A stretch of DNA of 64,000 nucleotides. It comes from Candidatus Latescibacterota bacterium (GTDB lineage: Bacteria; Latescibacterota; UBA2968; GCA-2709665). A model generated the notes under the pieces. That model was not told the origin of the DNA. It was given only the letters and a program-made list of their open reading frames with translations, and searched no databases. This document shows, in pieces, positions 1 to 10,099 of this stretch. The stretch spans positions 704,001-768,000 of the forward strand of contig OZ244937.1 of NCBI GenBank assembly GCA_965222075.1, read 5' to 3'. Each line of letters begins with the position of its first letter. Position 1 is the stretch's first letter. Both the position numbers and the translations under genes were made by a program.

Positions 1-2516
1 GCTGTCGTTGACCGCTATATGCGGGAACAACGTCTCTGCGTCTCGGATCGCTCTCCGACAGGTTCGCCCAAGCACGGAGAAACATCAAATCGCAAAGTGA
101 CGTGTTGAAGGCTTGAGCTGCAAGAAACATCGGAAGCTCGCCACGGGTCAACCGCTGCGATATTTCAGAGGTTCGTTGATCCCACTCCGGTTTCCGGTCC
201 AAAAGATCCCTCAGTGTCATCTTTCCGATTGGACCATCATCGCCAGAGATTGTGGCGGCTTTGTGCATCCACTGAGAGACTTCCTTGTCCTCCCAACCGG
301 CTTTTGTTGCAAGAAAGTAGGCTGTTCCTAATACATCAGCATCGTCTTTTCCTTTCTCTACCGCTGCAAATATCAACTCTTTTGCATGGGAGATAGAATC
401 CAAACCAACGGCCAATTGAGCTGTCCCTATCAATTCCTGAGCGTTTCTCTTGTCTTTTTTCTTGCATTCGTTAGCTACAAACGCAGAAACGGAGTTCCAG
501 TCACCCAAAGAGATTCCAAGATTGATCTGTAGTGTGCGGTAGTTCGGGTCATCCCAATCATCACCCAGTTCCGCCAATTTGGAGCGAGCCTCCAGTAGCG
601 CACCTTCATGGTACAAAGACAAGCAATGCAGCTGTTGGAGTTGCTTGGATTGTTCCAAAAGCGTCTTGTTCGATTCCAGAAATTCTGCAAGTGGTTCATA
701 TTCCTGTGTATTGTGTAAAGCGGTTGCCAACCGCTCCCCATCGCTCAGCGCGTGGGTTCTTTCAAACAGAATTCTACCATACTCGCTAAGGCTGTCCCAG
801 TCGTCTCTAATTTCGAGTTCGTGAACAAGGATTTCCAAATCATGCAGTGAATCTGTCTCTCTGAACTGTTCCTTACGAGCCTCAACCGGATTAGTCCCCT
901 CTGCTTCGGCAATGATTCCCCGAAGTCGGCGTTCCTGCCCCTCAGAAAGTCCGTCTTCCAAAAGAATATCCAAGCACTTTTTGGCCTGCTCAAGCTGCCC
1001 GGCCCGCGCAAACAACTCGATTTGGACAAACTGCATATATTTTTTGTCAATGTGTTCGGCAAGCGTGTCGTGGTGCCGGGCGATATAATTCGCAGCAGCC
1101 CCTGGGGTCTTTTGGACGAAAACCAGAGCAAAGCGAGCACTTGCGGTGTCAGCAGTATTTCCGCCGTTCAGGGCAATTTGTCGTTCGATTTCCTGTTCAA
1201 CTACCGCCGTATCCAATTTTATTCCGAATTGAAGGCCGAGACGAACAAGATGTAGAGCGGTCTTGGCATCGCGAAGTTTGGATTCCAGTCGCATTCTTCC
1301 TTCGGCACATTTATCAGAATCCGTGAGTTCAAGCCAAAGTGCATACTCATCATCTATTTTTTCTGCAAGGGGACAGTCTAATTTACGTGCAACCTTTGCA
1401 GCGTCGATAAAGTTACGATGTGCAGCTCGGCGGGCTTCAAGTGCAGCTAAGTCTGAGGCAAGAGGGAAGTTTACGACATCGAAAGGTGGTTGGTTAAGCA
1501 CACCAGAGCGAAGTTCGTCAGGTACCGCTCTTAGGAGGTGTGTTACTGCCACCATGTGATGGAGGACAGGGGCATCGCGCAGATCGTCATCAGTCAGCAC
1601 ATCAAGGCTTTTCTGCGCTGCCTCCCAATCGGCGAGTTCAAACTGACGCGCCAATAGGAAGCATTTGCCGTCGGGGTCCAGGTTTGTAGCGTCAATACCA
1701 GCCTTTTTCAACCAGTCAACAGCTTCTTGTGGGCCGTCATGATGTGTAACGACCATAAGCGCCGCAGATCGGGATACCGGTGAATCAATGCCAGCCAGAG
1801 TGCTCAGAGCAGCCTCCTTATCATCCTTCCGCGAAGATATGAAGGCTGCCGCAATCTCGATTTCCGGGCAAGTTCCCAATTCATTGGCACATGCGAAGAA
1901 CGATTCTGCTTTGTATAAATCGCCATCTGCCAGCAATCGTACGCACCAGGCTAATGCTTTGCTCCTTACCACATCAGTGCCACCCGAGAGTTTTCCTTCT
2001 ATCAGTTTTCTCGCGAGTGCTAATGAAGAGTCGACCCTATCGAACTCTCCGAAAAAGCGAGATTTACGGAGTATATCGGTCTCATCCTTAATTTTTTGAT
2101 CAACGAGTTCCGTTGGGAAATCAGAACGAGAAGACACATTCGACAAAACACTACCTAAGCCTGCGGAGAGCCGATTCTCTATCACTTTAGCTTCATGCTC
2201 CTGCTTCCACTGCTTGAGCATTTCGGCCGGATAAGTTTCAGGTTGACCATCCACCACGTACATGGTGAGTCGGACAAAGTAAGATCAGATTCTCTGGAGA
2301 ATTCAGTTCTTCATTGGTGAGTCCGACTTTTCCTCTTGGGCCATCGACATTAATAGCATAAATGTGGCATATTTGAGTAACGACATGAGCATCGGACTGT
2401 TCAGTCGCTGCTTCAATAACAGTGTTCTCACATTCTGGATGCGCGCATTGATTTCCGCTCAGACCGAACAGGACTTTCAATGTCTTCTGTGAATAATTTC
2501 GTTTAGATGTTTTCAT
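1..2516 (-). pseudogene. Large HNH endonuclease-domain fusion protein with a helical (TPR-like) body. It has one +1 frameshift near 2258 and its 3' end lies outside the window.
   Basis: 2516-2259 encodes SGNQCAHPEC...ICHIYA...NLILLCPTHH (Zn-ribbon HNH). After one extra base the frame starting at 2257 (VVDGQPETYPAEMLKQWKQEHEAK...) reads without a stop down to position 2 on my manual translation. The region is visibly more AT-rich than the core genes. Confidence 0.75.
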
Positions 2517-2564
2517 TCTTCCTGGTTAATAACGTCTGCATCAATCCGTATTTTTGGGGCTTTG

Positions 2565-2595
2565 TTGCCTGTCTGCCGGCGAGGCAGGCAGGCAA
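2565..2595. repeat. Short palindromic element of the CCTG(C/T)CTGC...GCAGGCAGG type, copy 1
   Basis: ttgcctgtctgcc-ggcga-ggcaggcaggcaa, a 13-bp stem with one mismatch. Confidence 0.7.
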
Positions 2596-2597
2596 CA

Positions 2598-2670
2598 CCG
2601 TCTCCACATCCCCGGCCGCCAGGGCGTTCATGTAGGCCAGGATCAGGTCGTGGGTGCAGTAGCGCCCGAA
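2598..2670 (-). pseudogene. Relic duplicate of the 3' end of the type IIG R-M gene
   Basis: Encodes FGRYCTHDLILAYMNALAAGDVET versus FGRYHTRDLILAYMSALAAGDTET at 3716-3788. 64/73 nt identical by manual alignment. Confidence 0.85.
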
Positions 2671-2696
2671 TGCATCGACCTTCGGCGACGATGGGA

Positions 2697-3185
2697 TCAC
2701 GTCGTCTCGCCGGCACGTTCTAACACCCTCTGGCGAGTCTTGGCGTTCAGCCGAAACCGCAGGGCTTGGAGACGATCCAAAACGGGCCGAATCGCGTCGA
2801 GAACGCCTCGCTCCTTGGCCCGCAACAAGAGGCCGAGGGTGCCTGAGACCTCCAACTCCAGTGCCCGGGCATACCGCCGTGCGTCTCGATCATCAAGGAG
2901 GAGCAGCGCGTCCTGTGTTTCCAGTCCCAGGGCGAGCACTTCCTTCTCGCCATCCCCAAGATGCGTCACCAGAGGGAGCAGCGTCGGATCGCGCACCGGC
3001 CGCACGATCAGCCACGAAAGCTCCTCCAGAGCAGGCAGGCGTACATTTCGCCGTCGACCCTCTCGTAACTCCGCCGCCACCGCTTCCGGGACGTACACTT
3101 GTCCGACGAGTGCGGGCAGAAGTTCCAACACGTCGGCCTGGTGCAGGTACTGGAGAGGAGAAGTATTACAGATGACGTCGGGCAC
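2697..3185 (-). CDS. DUF3368-family PIN-like nuclease (putative toxin)
   Basis: VICNTSPLQYL N-terminus, LGDGEKEVLAL, LLLDDRDARRYA and GTLGLLLRAK motifs typical of DUF3368. Overlaps the upstream small gene. Confidence 0.85.
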   Translation of the reverse strand: MPDVICNTSPLQYLHQADVLELLPALVGQVYVPEAVAAELREGRRRNVRLPALEELSWLIVRPVRDPTLLPLVTHLGDGEKEVLALGLETQDALLLLDDRDARRYARALELEVSGTLGLLLRAKERGVLDAIRPVLDRLQALRFRLNAKTRQRVLERAGETT

Positions 3186-3432
3186 TGGCCAGATCCTGTT
3201 GGAGGTCTTCCTCGGTCAGGTGGAAGGCATCAACACCGTAGTCAGCTAATTTTATTAGAAACAATGGCTTGGGAATGTCAGCCAGCTTGGCTGCCGCCCC
3301 CGAGGACAACCGTCCCAACTCGTAGAGCTTGACGGCGACGAGGATCTTGGCCTCTTCGCTGAACTGCCTGGGTGAATATCCCAGGGCCAGCAGGACCTCA
3401 TCGCCGTAGTCAATGGTCAACGTTCTCTTCAT
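3166..3432 (-). CDS. UPF0175-family protein (putative antitoxin)
   Basis: 88 aa with AVKLYELGRLSSGAAAKLADI...FL..LADYGV. This family is the usual partner of DUF3368. Confidence 0.85.
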   Translation of the reverse strand: MKRTLTIDYGDEVLLALGYSPRQFSEEAKILVAVKLYELGRLSSGAAAKLADIPKPLFLIKLADYGVDAFHLTEEDLQQDLASARRHL

Positions 3433-3486
3433 CGTATCGTGTCTCCATGGATGTGTTGCATAGCGGACGCCTTCTCTAAGTTTTCT

Positions 3487-3597
3487 TGCATATCGCTCTC
3501 ACAGGCAAGGAGAAATAAGTTTTGTCTGAGTTCACCTGACAAACCCTGAGAGAGGTCGAAGCAAGATCTAAGTTGCCTGTGAGGAGAGCGGGATGCA
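3487..3597. repeat. Imperfect long inverted repeat (about 110 bp) between the R-M gene and the TA pair
   Basis: tgcatatcgctctcacaggcaa (3487-3508) pairs with ttgcctgtgaggagagcgggatgca (3573-3597). An inner ttcacct/aggtcgaa pairing is also possible. Confidence 0.55.
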
Positions 3598-3701
3598 TAT
3601 TGATTGACGTATCCTCAGCTCACAGGAGGTAGACAGAGACTTAATCCCCATGCAGTCGTATCTGTGCCGCCTAAACCCAGAACAGAGCCACCCGCCTTCA
3701 T

Positions 3702-6700
3702 TCACACCGCCACCTCCGTCTCCGTATCCCCCGCCGCAAGGGCGCTCATGTAGGCCAGGATCAGGTCGCGGGTGTGGTAGCGGCCGAAGGCGGCCTTGTC
3801 TCCGCGGCGGACAATCGGGAAGGTGTCCAGCACGTAGCCCGCGTCGTCCCGGCTCAGACCGTAGAGGTGGAAGTAGAGCGCGTCGAGGCGGGCACGGAGG
3901 TGGCGGCGTTCTTCTTCGTCCCACACGAAAGGCGGGCCCTCACAGCCCAGGTCGCGGGCGAAGGGCGCCATGTCGTGCGCGGTGTAGGTGAGGCGTAGCA
4001 CATGGTCGCGGACGAGGTCGCGGGCGGTCGTCGTGCCGAATGAGCGGTCGTAGTCGGCGGATGCGATGACAGGGAGTTGCTCGACTGTGTACCAGGTGAG
4101 ATGAGTACCCTGGAATTTTGTGGCGTGTCACATAATCGAAGCAATGGCTGTTGAGATTCGCAACAACGAGGCAAGCGTCGGCTGCGGAAAAATCGTCCTC
4201 CGGCATCAAAATGAAGACGCTGTCACTCAACCCGACTTTTGGCACGGCGGCTGCAATCATGGTCCTAACATCTGTTGGACGTGCTATACGCCTATACGCA
4301 ATCGTCCAGCCAAGCCTGTCGGGCATATTGTGACTTACTTCCTGCTCCAGAACCCAGTATTGTGTCATAGGGCTAAATGCTGGATTGGCGTGTTCGGCGA
4401 CAGTTACAGCCACGCTCAGATACGGATTTATAGTGTTGTCTGGATTGTATTTTACCGAATTGGCCCGATGGTCGAACTGACGAATCATCCGGCCCTGGTA
4501 CAGCGGCAAATACAGCTCCTCGCCCCGTCTCCAGCGATTGCCCTGCACCGGGTAGAAACCTTCGGCATCGAGCTGCGCGGCGGTGCGGAAGAGGTGGGAG
4601 TCATTGGCCATGTGGAACATGGTGTTGTACCGAATCGGCCAGGCGCGGCGCTCCTCACCCCTTGAGCGGTCCACCAGCACCGGATGCCGCTCGTAGATGC
4701 GACGGGTGATCTCGGCGTCCCGTTGGCTGCGGAAAACGGGCGCGGTGCCGGTGTTGGGGTTCACGCGGGCGAAGTCCACCGGCGTCAATGGAAAGCAGCG
4801 GTCCTTGTCATGGATCGTTTTCGTGTCGTGCAGGAAGAAGGCGCATTCGGTCTGATCGAACAGTCGCTCCTCTCCGCCGAATATGAGGGCGCAGAATTTG
4901 AACGAAGCATGAACGTCCTTGAAGAAAATTTTCTTGTTCTCAAAATCAAACAGGCCGCCCACCCGTCCACTTGTGGAAACGGACTTGAAGAACCGGGCCG
5001 CGGTCTTGTCCGCGTAAATGCCCGACGGCGTCAGCAGGCCGACAAAACCATCCGGCTTGATCAGGTTCATGGCCCGCTCGACGAACAGCGAGTACAGGTT
5101 GACGTCGCCACCGCCCAACAGGGGATAGTGCTCAGATGCGCGAACCAGTTGGCTGAGTTTGTCAGCGCGTGTCTTGGCCGCGTCGAACTCGGCCGCAAGG
5201 GGCGCTCCTTTGTCACGCAACCGCTGAATGCCTGTTCGCCGCGCAGCCGCCGTGGGCGCGAGAGCGAGCTCGGGGTCACGCGTTGCAAACCACTCCACCT
5301 CCTGCAGCTTGATGCGGTCCCACGGCGGGTTGCCGATGACCGCGTCAAAGCCGCCTTGCGGGCGGCTGTTTTGCCACTGCCGCCACACCCCCGGAAAAGC
5401 CACCTCCCAGTGCAGGAAGCCTTCCCGATTGGCAATGGTTCGCGCCCCGCGCCACAGCTCGGCAAACTGCGCCCAGGTGGTGGCATCGGAATCGGGAGCC
5501 TCGTCGCCCAGATGCACCGGCCCTCGCGCCAGAAGCTGGTACGCCTTCGCCGACTGCCGCCCGAGCGTCGTGACCAGCGGTCCCTCAAAGGCCGCGCGCT
5601 CTTTCTTCTTCATGCCCGCGGTCAGCCAACGCCAGCCGCAGAGGGTGTCGAGCAGACCGCGGAGGTCCGCAGTCGTCTCCTCCACCCCGTGAAACAGCGC
5701 CGCCGATTCGTGCACCTCGGCCACGTCGGCGTCGGACATCTCCTCGATGCGCTGCATCCCTTCGGTGGCGGCCTCCGCCCCGGCAATGGCGCTACTGGCA
5801 AAGAACCCGCCGAGCCGATTCAATTCATCCGTGGCATCCTTTACCCGCAGGCCGACCAGCGAGTCGCCGCAGCGCAGGTGGTGGTCCAGGAAGGACAACG
5901 GCGCGCCCACCGTGAAGCTGTGCAGCCACAGTGACACCTTGGCCAATTCGACCGTCAGGGGATTCTTGTCCACCCCGTAAATGCACCGTTTGAGCACCAT
6001 GCGGCGGATAATGGCCTGGTCGCTAAGCTGGGCCTCGTCCAGCACCCAGTTCGATTCCTCAGCCCGTCGGATGATCTCACGGCGAATCGTTGCCACGCGC
6101 CCCACCAGCGGCGACACGTAACCGTCATCCAGCCACTCCGGGACCGCAGGGACGTATTCGATCAACTCGGCAATATAGTCGGACAGGAAATCCACCGCGG
6201 TAACCAGGAAATGGCCGCTTCCCATCGCCGGGTCCAGCACCTTCAGGTCCAGGACGGCCTCGGCCGGGTCGAGCCGCTCAAGCTCAGCCTGTCGTTCCGA
6301 CCTGGGCCGGCGGTCGCTCTTGAGCGCGGCGGCCTTGTCCTCGAAAGCTTTGAGACGCTCTTCGGCCAGCGGCTTCAGGGTGCGGTCAACGATCAGATCG
6401 ACGAGTTCCTGAGAGGTATAGAAACTGCCGCTGTCCTTGCGGGCGTAGGGATTGGGACGGACGGCGATCTTGCCGTCGTCGTCACGCACCGGCTCGCGCT
6501 CCAATAGCCGCTCGTAGATCGAGCCGAGTTGCTGCACCGACATGTCGCGGTAATTGACAAAGCGGTGCTTTCCCTGTGGATCTCTGGCGTGGCTCAGATC
6601 GTAGATGATAGGCGCGATTTTGGCGTCGGCCAGGCGGACCGATTCCAGCAATGGAGCGGCTTCAGACGCAAACAGCCCCCCGTTGTAGGGCGGGAGGCCA

Positions 6701-7740
6701 ATGGACGGATCGCCCTTGTCGATCATTTTGAAAAGATTGACAAGGCGGTCGTAGTAGTTGGTGGCAATGGCCGAGTAGGTATCCCCGACCGCCATCCTGC
6801 CCGCAATATCGTCGCGCACCCGCTTGCGCAACCCGTAGTCGTCGTAACGCGAATCGTTGACGGGCAGCAGGCCCCTGTCCTCCGCGTAAAGCACGAAAAG
6901 CAGGCGATAGAGGAAGATCAACGCTGCCTTGTGGACCTCCGGGAGGCGTGCCTCCGAGGCTTCCGCAAGAGCCTGGACAAAATCCGGGAAAACACGCTCG
7001 AACACCACCTCCGAAAGATCCTGCGCAACCTCTTCCTCATAGCGCCGCCCCTCGGCCAGCGCGGCTTCCAGGAATGTGGTCGTGGCGCCCTGTTGACGTG
7101 CAAAGGACTCGCGGCGAAACAGCAGATGAAAAACGCGGAGGTCCTCTTCCCTACCGGGCTTGAACAGTTCAACCAGGTCGGCTTCAAAGTAGCCGCTGGC
7201 GCGGGGCCGGGCGCGGTAATCGTAGAGACGCCAAACCCTGCCATTGGTCAGAATACCCCAGCGAATGCGGCTCTCCGACTCGATATCGGCCGTTGAGAGG
7301 TACCTGAGAATCTGGCCGTGCGGCGTCCTGGCCTGGACTTTGTCGTCCTTGTCGCGGTCGTTCAGAGATAGACCGAAGCGCTTGCTTTCTTCGACGACCG
7401 CCGCGTAGCGGAAGCGGTCGCCGACGTTGTGTTCCGCGGCGGCGCGCTGTTTGGAGTCGGCATCGGCGAAAAGCAGATGGTCGGGAATATCCTCTTTGCG
7501 CGCTGTGCCCTGCTGAGGCAGGTAGTCGGCCCATCCCAGCAACTCCAGAACCGGCCGGATGAGTTCCTGCTCGGTAACCGCCTCGTTGGGGTCTGCGGAA
7601 CGGCTGAGGGCGTCGTAACGCTGACGAACGCGGTCCCTGAATGCGCCAAACGCCTCCGGGTCCGAGACCGAGGATTTCCACTCGTCGGTGGCTTTTATGC
7701 CATCTGTGAGGAAATAATGGGTGAGTAATTGGCCGGACAT
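3702..7740 (-). pseudogene. Type IIG (Eco57I-like) fused restriction endonuclease / N6-adenine methyltransferase, about 1345 aa if repaired, with a +1 frameshift at 4112-4113
   Basis: N-terminal PD...EESK nuclease motif, DPAMGSGHFL (motif I), IYGVDKNP and GNPPW (motif IV). Removing one base in att-c-cag restores KIQGTHLTWYTVEQLPV...VLRLTYTAHDM, in frame with ORF 3702..4001. Confidence 0.88.
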
Positions 7741-7799
7741 TTTGAAGAAATTGTTTTTCCTGTGGCTTTCTCGCCATGTGATTCCCATATTATACCATC

Positions 7800-7828
7800 A
7801 GTATAGTCAAAGACAGCCGGGGTGTCAA
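7800..7828 (-). promoter_or_regulatory. Sigma70-type promoter for the R-M gene
   Basis: TTGACA-17bp-TATACT on the minus strand, 60 bp upstream of the ATG at 7740. Confidence 0.7.
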
Positions 7829-7859
7829 CGGTCCGGGCAGCTTCCTGGCCGGGCTTTGC

Positions 7860-7963
7860 TGCGGGCTGGTGCCAGAAACCCGTTGACGGCCCCACGGGAC
7901 AGGGGCTGAACCCGGGTTGCGGGCTGGTGCCAGAAACCCGTTGACGGCCCCACGGGACAGGGG
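7860..7963 (+). repeat. Perfect 46-bp direct repeat x2 with a 12-bp spacer
   Basis: tgcgggctggtgccagaaacccgttgacggccccacgggacagggg at 7860-7905 and 7918-7963. Confidence 0.95.
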
Positions 7964-7969
7964 TATATT
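7941..7969 (+). promoter_or_regulatory. Sigma70-type promoter for aspC
   Basis: TTGACG-17bp-TATATT. Confidence 0.65.
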
Positions 7970-7995
7970 TCACGGGTTCGTCATTTGTTTTCCAG

Positions 7996-8028
7996 CCTGC
8001 CTGCGCAGTGCCCTGCGCTGCAGGCAGG
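7996..8028. repeat. CCTGCCTGC...GCAGGCAGG palindromic element, copy 2
   Basis: cctgcctgc-gcagtgccctgcgct-gcaggcagg in the aspC 5' UTR. Confidence 0.7.
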
Positions 8029-8056
8029 TGTACATTCCGAATCGAAAGGGTTTACG

Positions 8057-9250
8057 ATGTTCAAGACGCTTAAGCCGGCGCCTCCGGATCCGATTCTGGG
8101 GTTGACCGCCGTGTTTAACGAGGATCCGAATCCGAAAAAGATCAACCTGGGCGTTGGGGTCTATAAAGACGCCGATGGAAAGACGCCGATCTTTCGGTCG
8201 GTCGCCCGGGCGGAGGAGCGCCTGTTGAAAGAGGAAGAGACCAAGGATTATCTGCCGATCTCCGGGGGACCGGCTTATGCGGCGGCGGTTCAGGAACTGC
8301 TGTTTGAGGCAGACCACGAGGTGGTGACGGGCAAGCGGGCGGCAACGGTGCATACGCCCGGGGGGACCGGAGGGCTGCGCGTGGCTGGAGACTTTGTCCA
8401 CAAGCTGTTTCCTGAGGCGAAGATCTGGGTGAGCGATCCGACCTGGGCGAACCATCCCAATGTGTTTCGCCATGCGGGGCTGGCGGTGGAGACGTATCCC
8501 TATTTTGATGCGGCGACCAACGGGCTGGCGTTCGACGCGATGCTGGAGGCGCTCAAGAAGATTCCAAAGGGCGATGTGGTGCTGCTTCACGGGTGCTGCC
8601 ACAATCCCACGGGGGTCGATCCGACGTCGGTGCAGTGGGCGCAGATCGCCGATGTGGTCGAAGCGTGCGGGTGGATGCCCCTGGTGGATTTTGCCTATCA
8701 AGGCCTGGGGAACGGGATTCGTGAGGACTGCGAAGGATTGATGGCGCTGTGCGGGCCGGAGAGCGAACTGTTTGTGTCCAGTTCTTTTTCCAAGAATTTC
8801 GGGCTGTACAACGAACGTGTAGGGGCGCTGACGGTGGTCACGCCTTCGGAAGAGGCGGCAAAGGTGGTGTTGAGTCAGGCGATGGTCTGCATCCGCGCCA
8901 ACTACTCGAACCCTCCCGCGCACGGGGCTGCGATTGTGACGACGGTGCTGAACGATCCGGACCTGCGCGCCGACTGGGAGGCCGAGGCGGGGGAGATGCG
9001 CGACCGGATCAACGGGATGCGGATGCTGTTTGTGGATACGCTGGAGCGGAAAGGGGTGAGGCGAGATTTCTCGTTTATCACCCGGCAGCGGGGGATGTTT
9101 TCCTTCTCGGGTCTGAACAAAGCGCAGGTGGAGGCGCTTCGGGAGAAGTACGGGATCTACATTGTGGGGTCGGGGCGCATCAACGTTGCGGGCATGACGG
9201 AGGCGAATATGGATGCACTGTGCGAGGCGATTGCAGAGGCTGGTGGTTAA
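8057..9250 (+). CDS. aspC: Aspartate/aromatic amino acid aminotransferase (class I, AspC/TyrB type)
   Basis: APPDPILGL, KINLGVGVY, LHGCCHNPTG, SSSFSKNFGLYNERVG (PLP lysine) and GRINVAG. Confidence 0.93.
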   Translation: MFKTLKPAPPDPILGLTAVFNEDPNPKKINLGVGVYKDADGKTPIFRSVARAEERLLKEEETKDYLPISGGPAYAAAVQELLFEADHEVVTGKRAATVHTPGGTGGLRVAGDFVHKLFPEAKIWVSDPTWANHPNVFRHAGLAVETYPYFDAATNGLAFDAMLEALKKIPKGDVVLLHGCCHNPTGVDPTSVQWAQIADVVEACGWMPLVDFAYQGLGNGIREDCEGLMALCGPESELFVSSSFSKNFGLYNERVGALTVVTPSEEAAKVVLSQAMVCIRANYSNPPAHGAAIVTTVLNDPDLRADWEAEAGEMRDRINGMRMLFVDTLERKGVRRDFSFITRQRGMFSFSGLNKAQVEALREKYGIYIVGSGRINVAGMTEANMDALCEAIAEAGG

Positions 9251-9277
9251 GGAGAATTTAGAGGAGGAGGGCATGGT

Positions 9278-10054
9278 TTGATGGTATTAAAGGATCGTGT
9301 GACGATTGTGACTGGCGGAAGCTCGGGAATTGGACGGGGTGTTGCCCTGGCGTTTGCACGGGAGGGAGCGTGGGTGGTCGTGGCGGATGTGCAGGAGGCC
9401 CCCAGGCGGGGCAAATACCATGAGAGGGATGTGACGACGCCTACGGTGGAGGAGGTGGAGAAGCTGGGCAGCGAGGGAATTTTTCTCAAGACCGACGTGG
9501 CGGATGAGGCGGCTGTCCGACGTATGGTTGAACGGACGGCCGAACGGTTTGGGGGGATCGATATCCTGGTCAACAATGCCGGGATTCACATTCCGGGGAA
9601 CACCCAGGAGTTGTCGGTGTCCGACTGGGACCGGGTGGCGGGGATCAATCTGAGGGGGATTTTTCTGGGGATGAAGTTTGCCATTCCCTATCTGAAAAAG
9701 TCCCAGGCCGGCAGGATTATCAATATCGCTTCGGTGCATGCTTTTGGAGGCGGCGGCGGCCCGGTCTACGCGCCGACCAAGGCGGGGGTGGTCAACCTGA
9801 CCCGGGATGTGGCCATTGAGGTGGGCGCAAACGGGGTTACGGTAAATGCGATCTGCCCGGGCTATATCGAGACGGCGGCTCAGGATTATCTGACAAAGGA
9901 GCAGATCGAGGCCGCCCGGGAAAGGACGCCCCTGCCCAGGTTCGGGCTGCCCCGGGATATCGGGCGGGCGGCGGTGTTCCTGGCATCAGACGATGCGGAG
10001 TGGATTACGGGCGTGGCGCTGCCGGTAGACGGGGGGTTGCTGGCGCCGGTTTGA
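9278..10054 (+). CDS. SDR family NAD(P)-dependent oxidoreductase
   Basis: TGGSSGIG, NNAG, YAPTK (YxxxK) and VNAICPG motifs. Confidence 0.92.
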   Translation: MMVLKDRVTIVTGGSSGIGRGVALAFAREGAWVVVADVQEAPRRGKYHERDVTTPTVEEVEKLGSEGIFLKTDVADEAAVRRMVERTAERFGGIDILVNNAGIHIPGNTQELSVSDWDRVAGINLRGIFLGMKFAIPYLKKSQAGRIINIASVHAFGGGGGPVYAPTKAGVVNLTRDVAIEVGANGVTVNAICPGYIETAAQDYLTKEQIEAARERTPLPRFGLPRDIGRAAVFLASDDAEWITGVALPVDGGLLAPV

Positions 10055-10099
10055 GTCGTGGGTGGTGAGGCGGCTGTGGGGCTTGTACTTCGCCTGTGA

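Noticed and set aside
3433-3701. Integron attC site / gene cassette
   Set aside because: No RYYYAAC...GTTRRRY core sites at the hairpin ends and no integrase in the window.
7860-7963. Possible mini-CRISPR array
   Set aside because: Only two 46-bp copies with a 12-bp spacer, no cas genes, and the repeat is promoter sequence.
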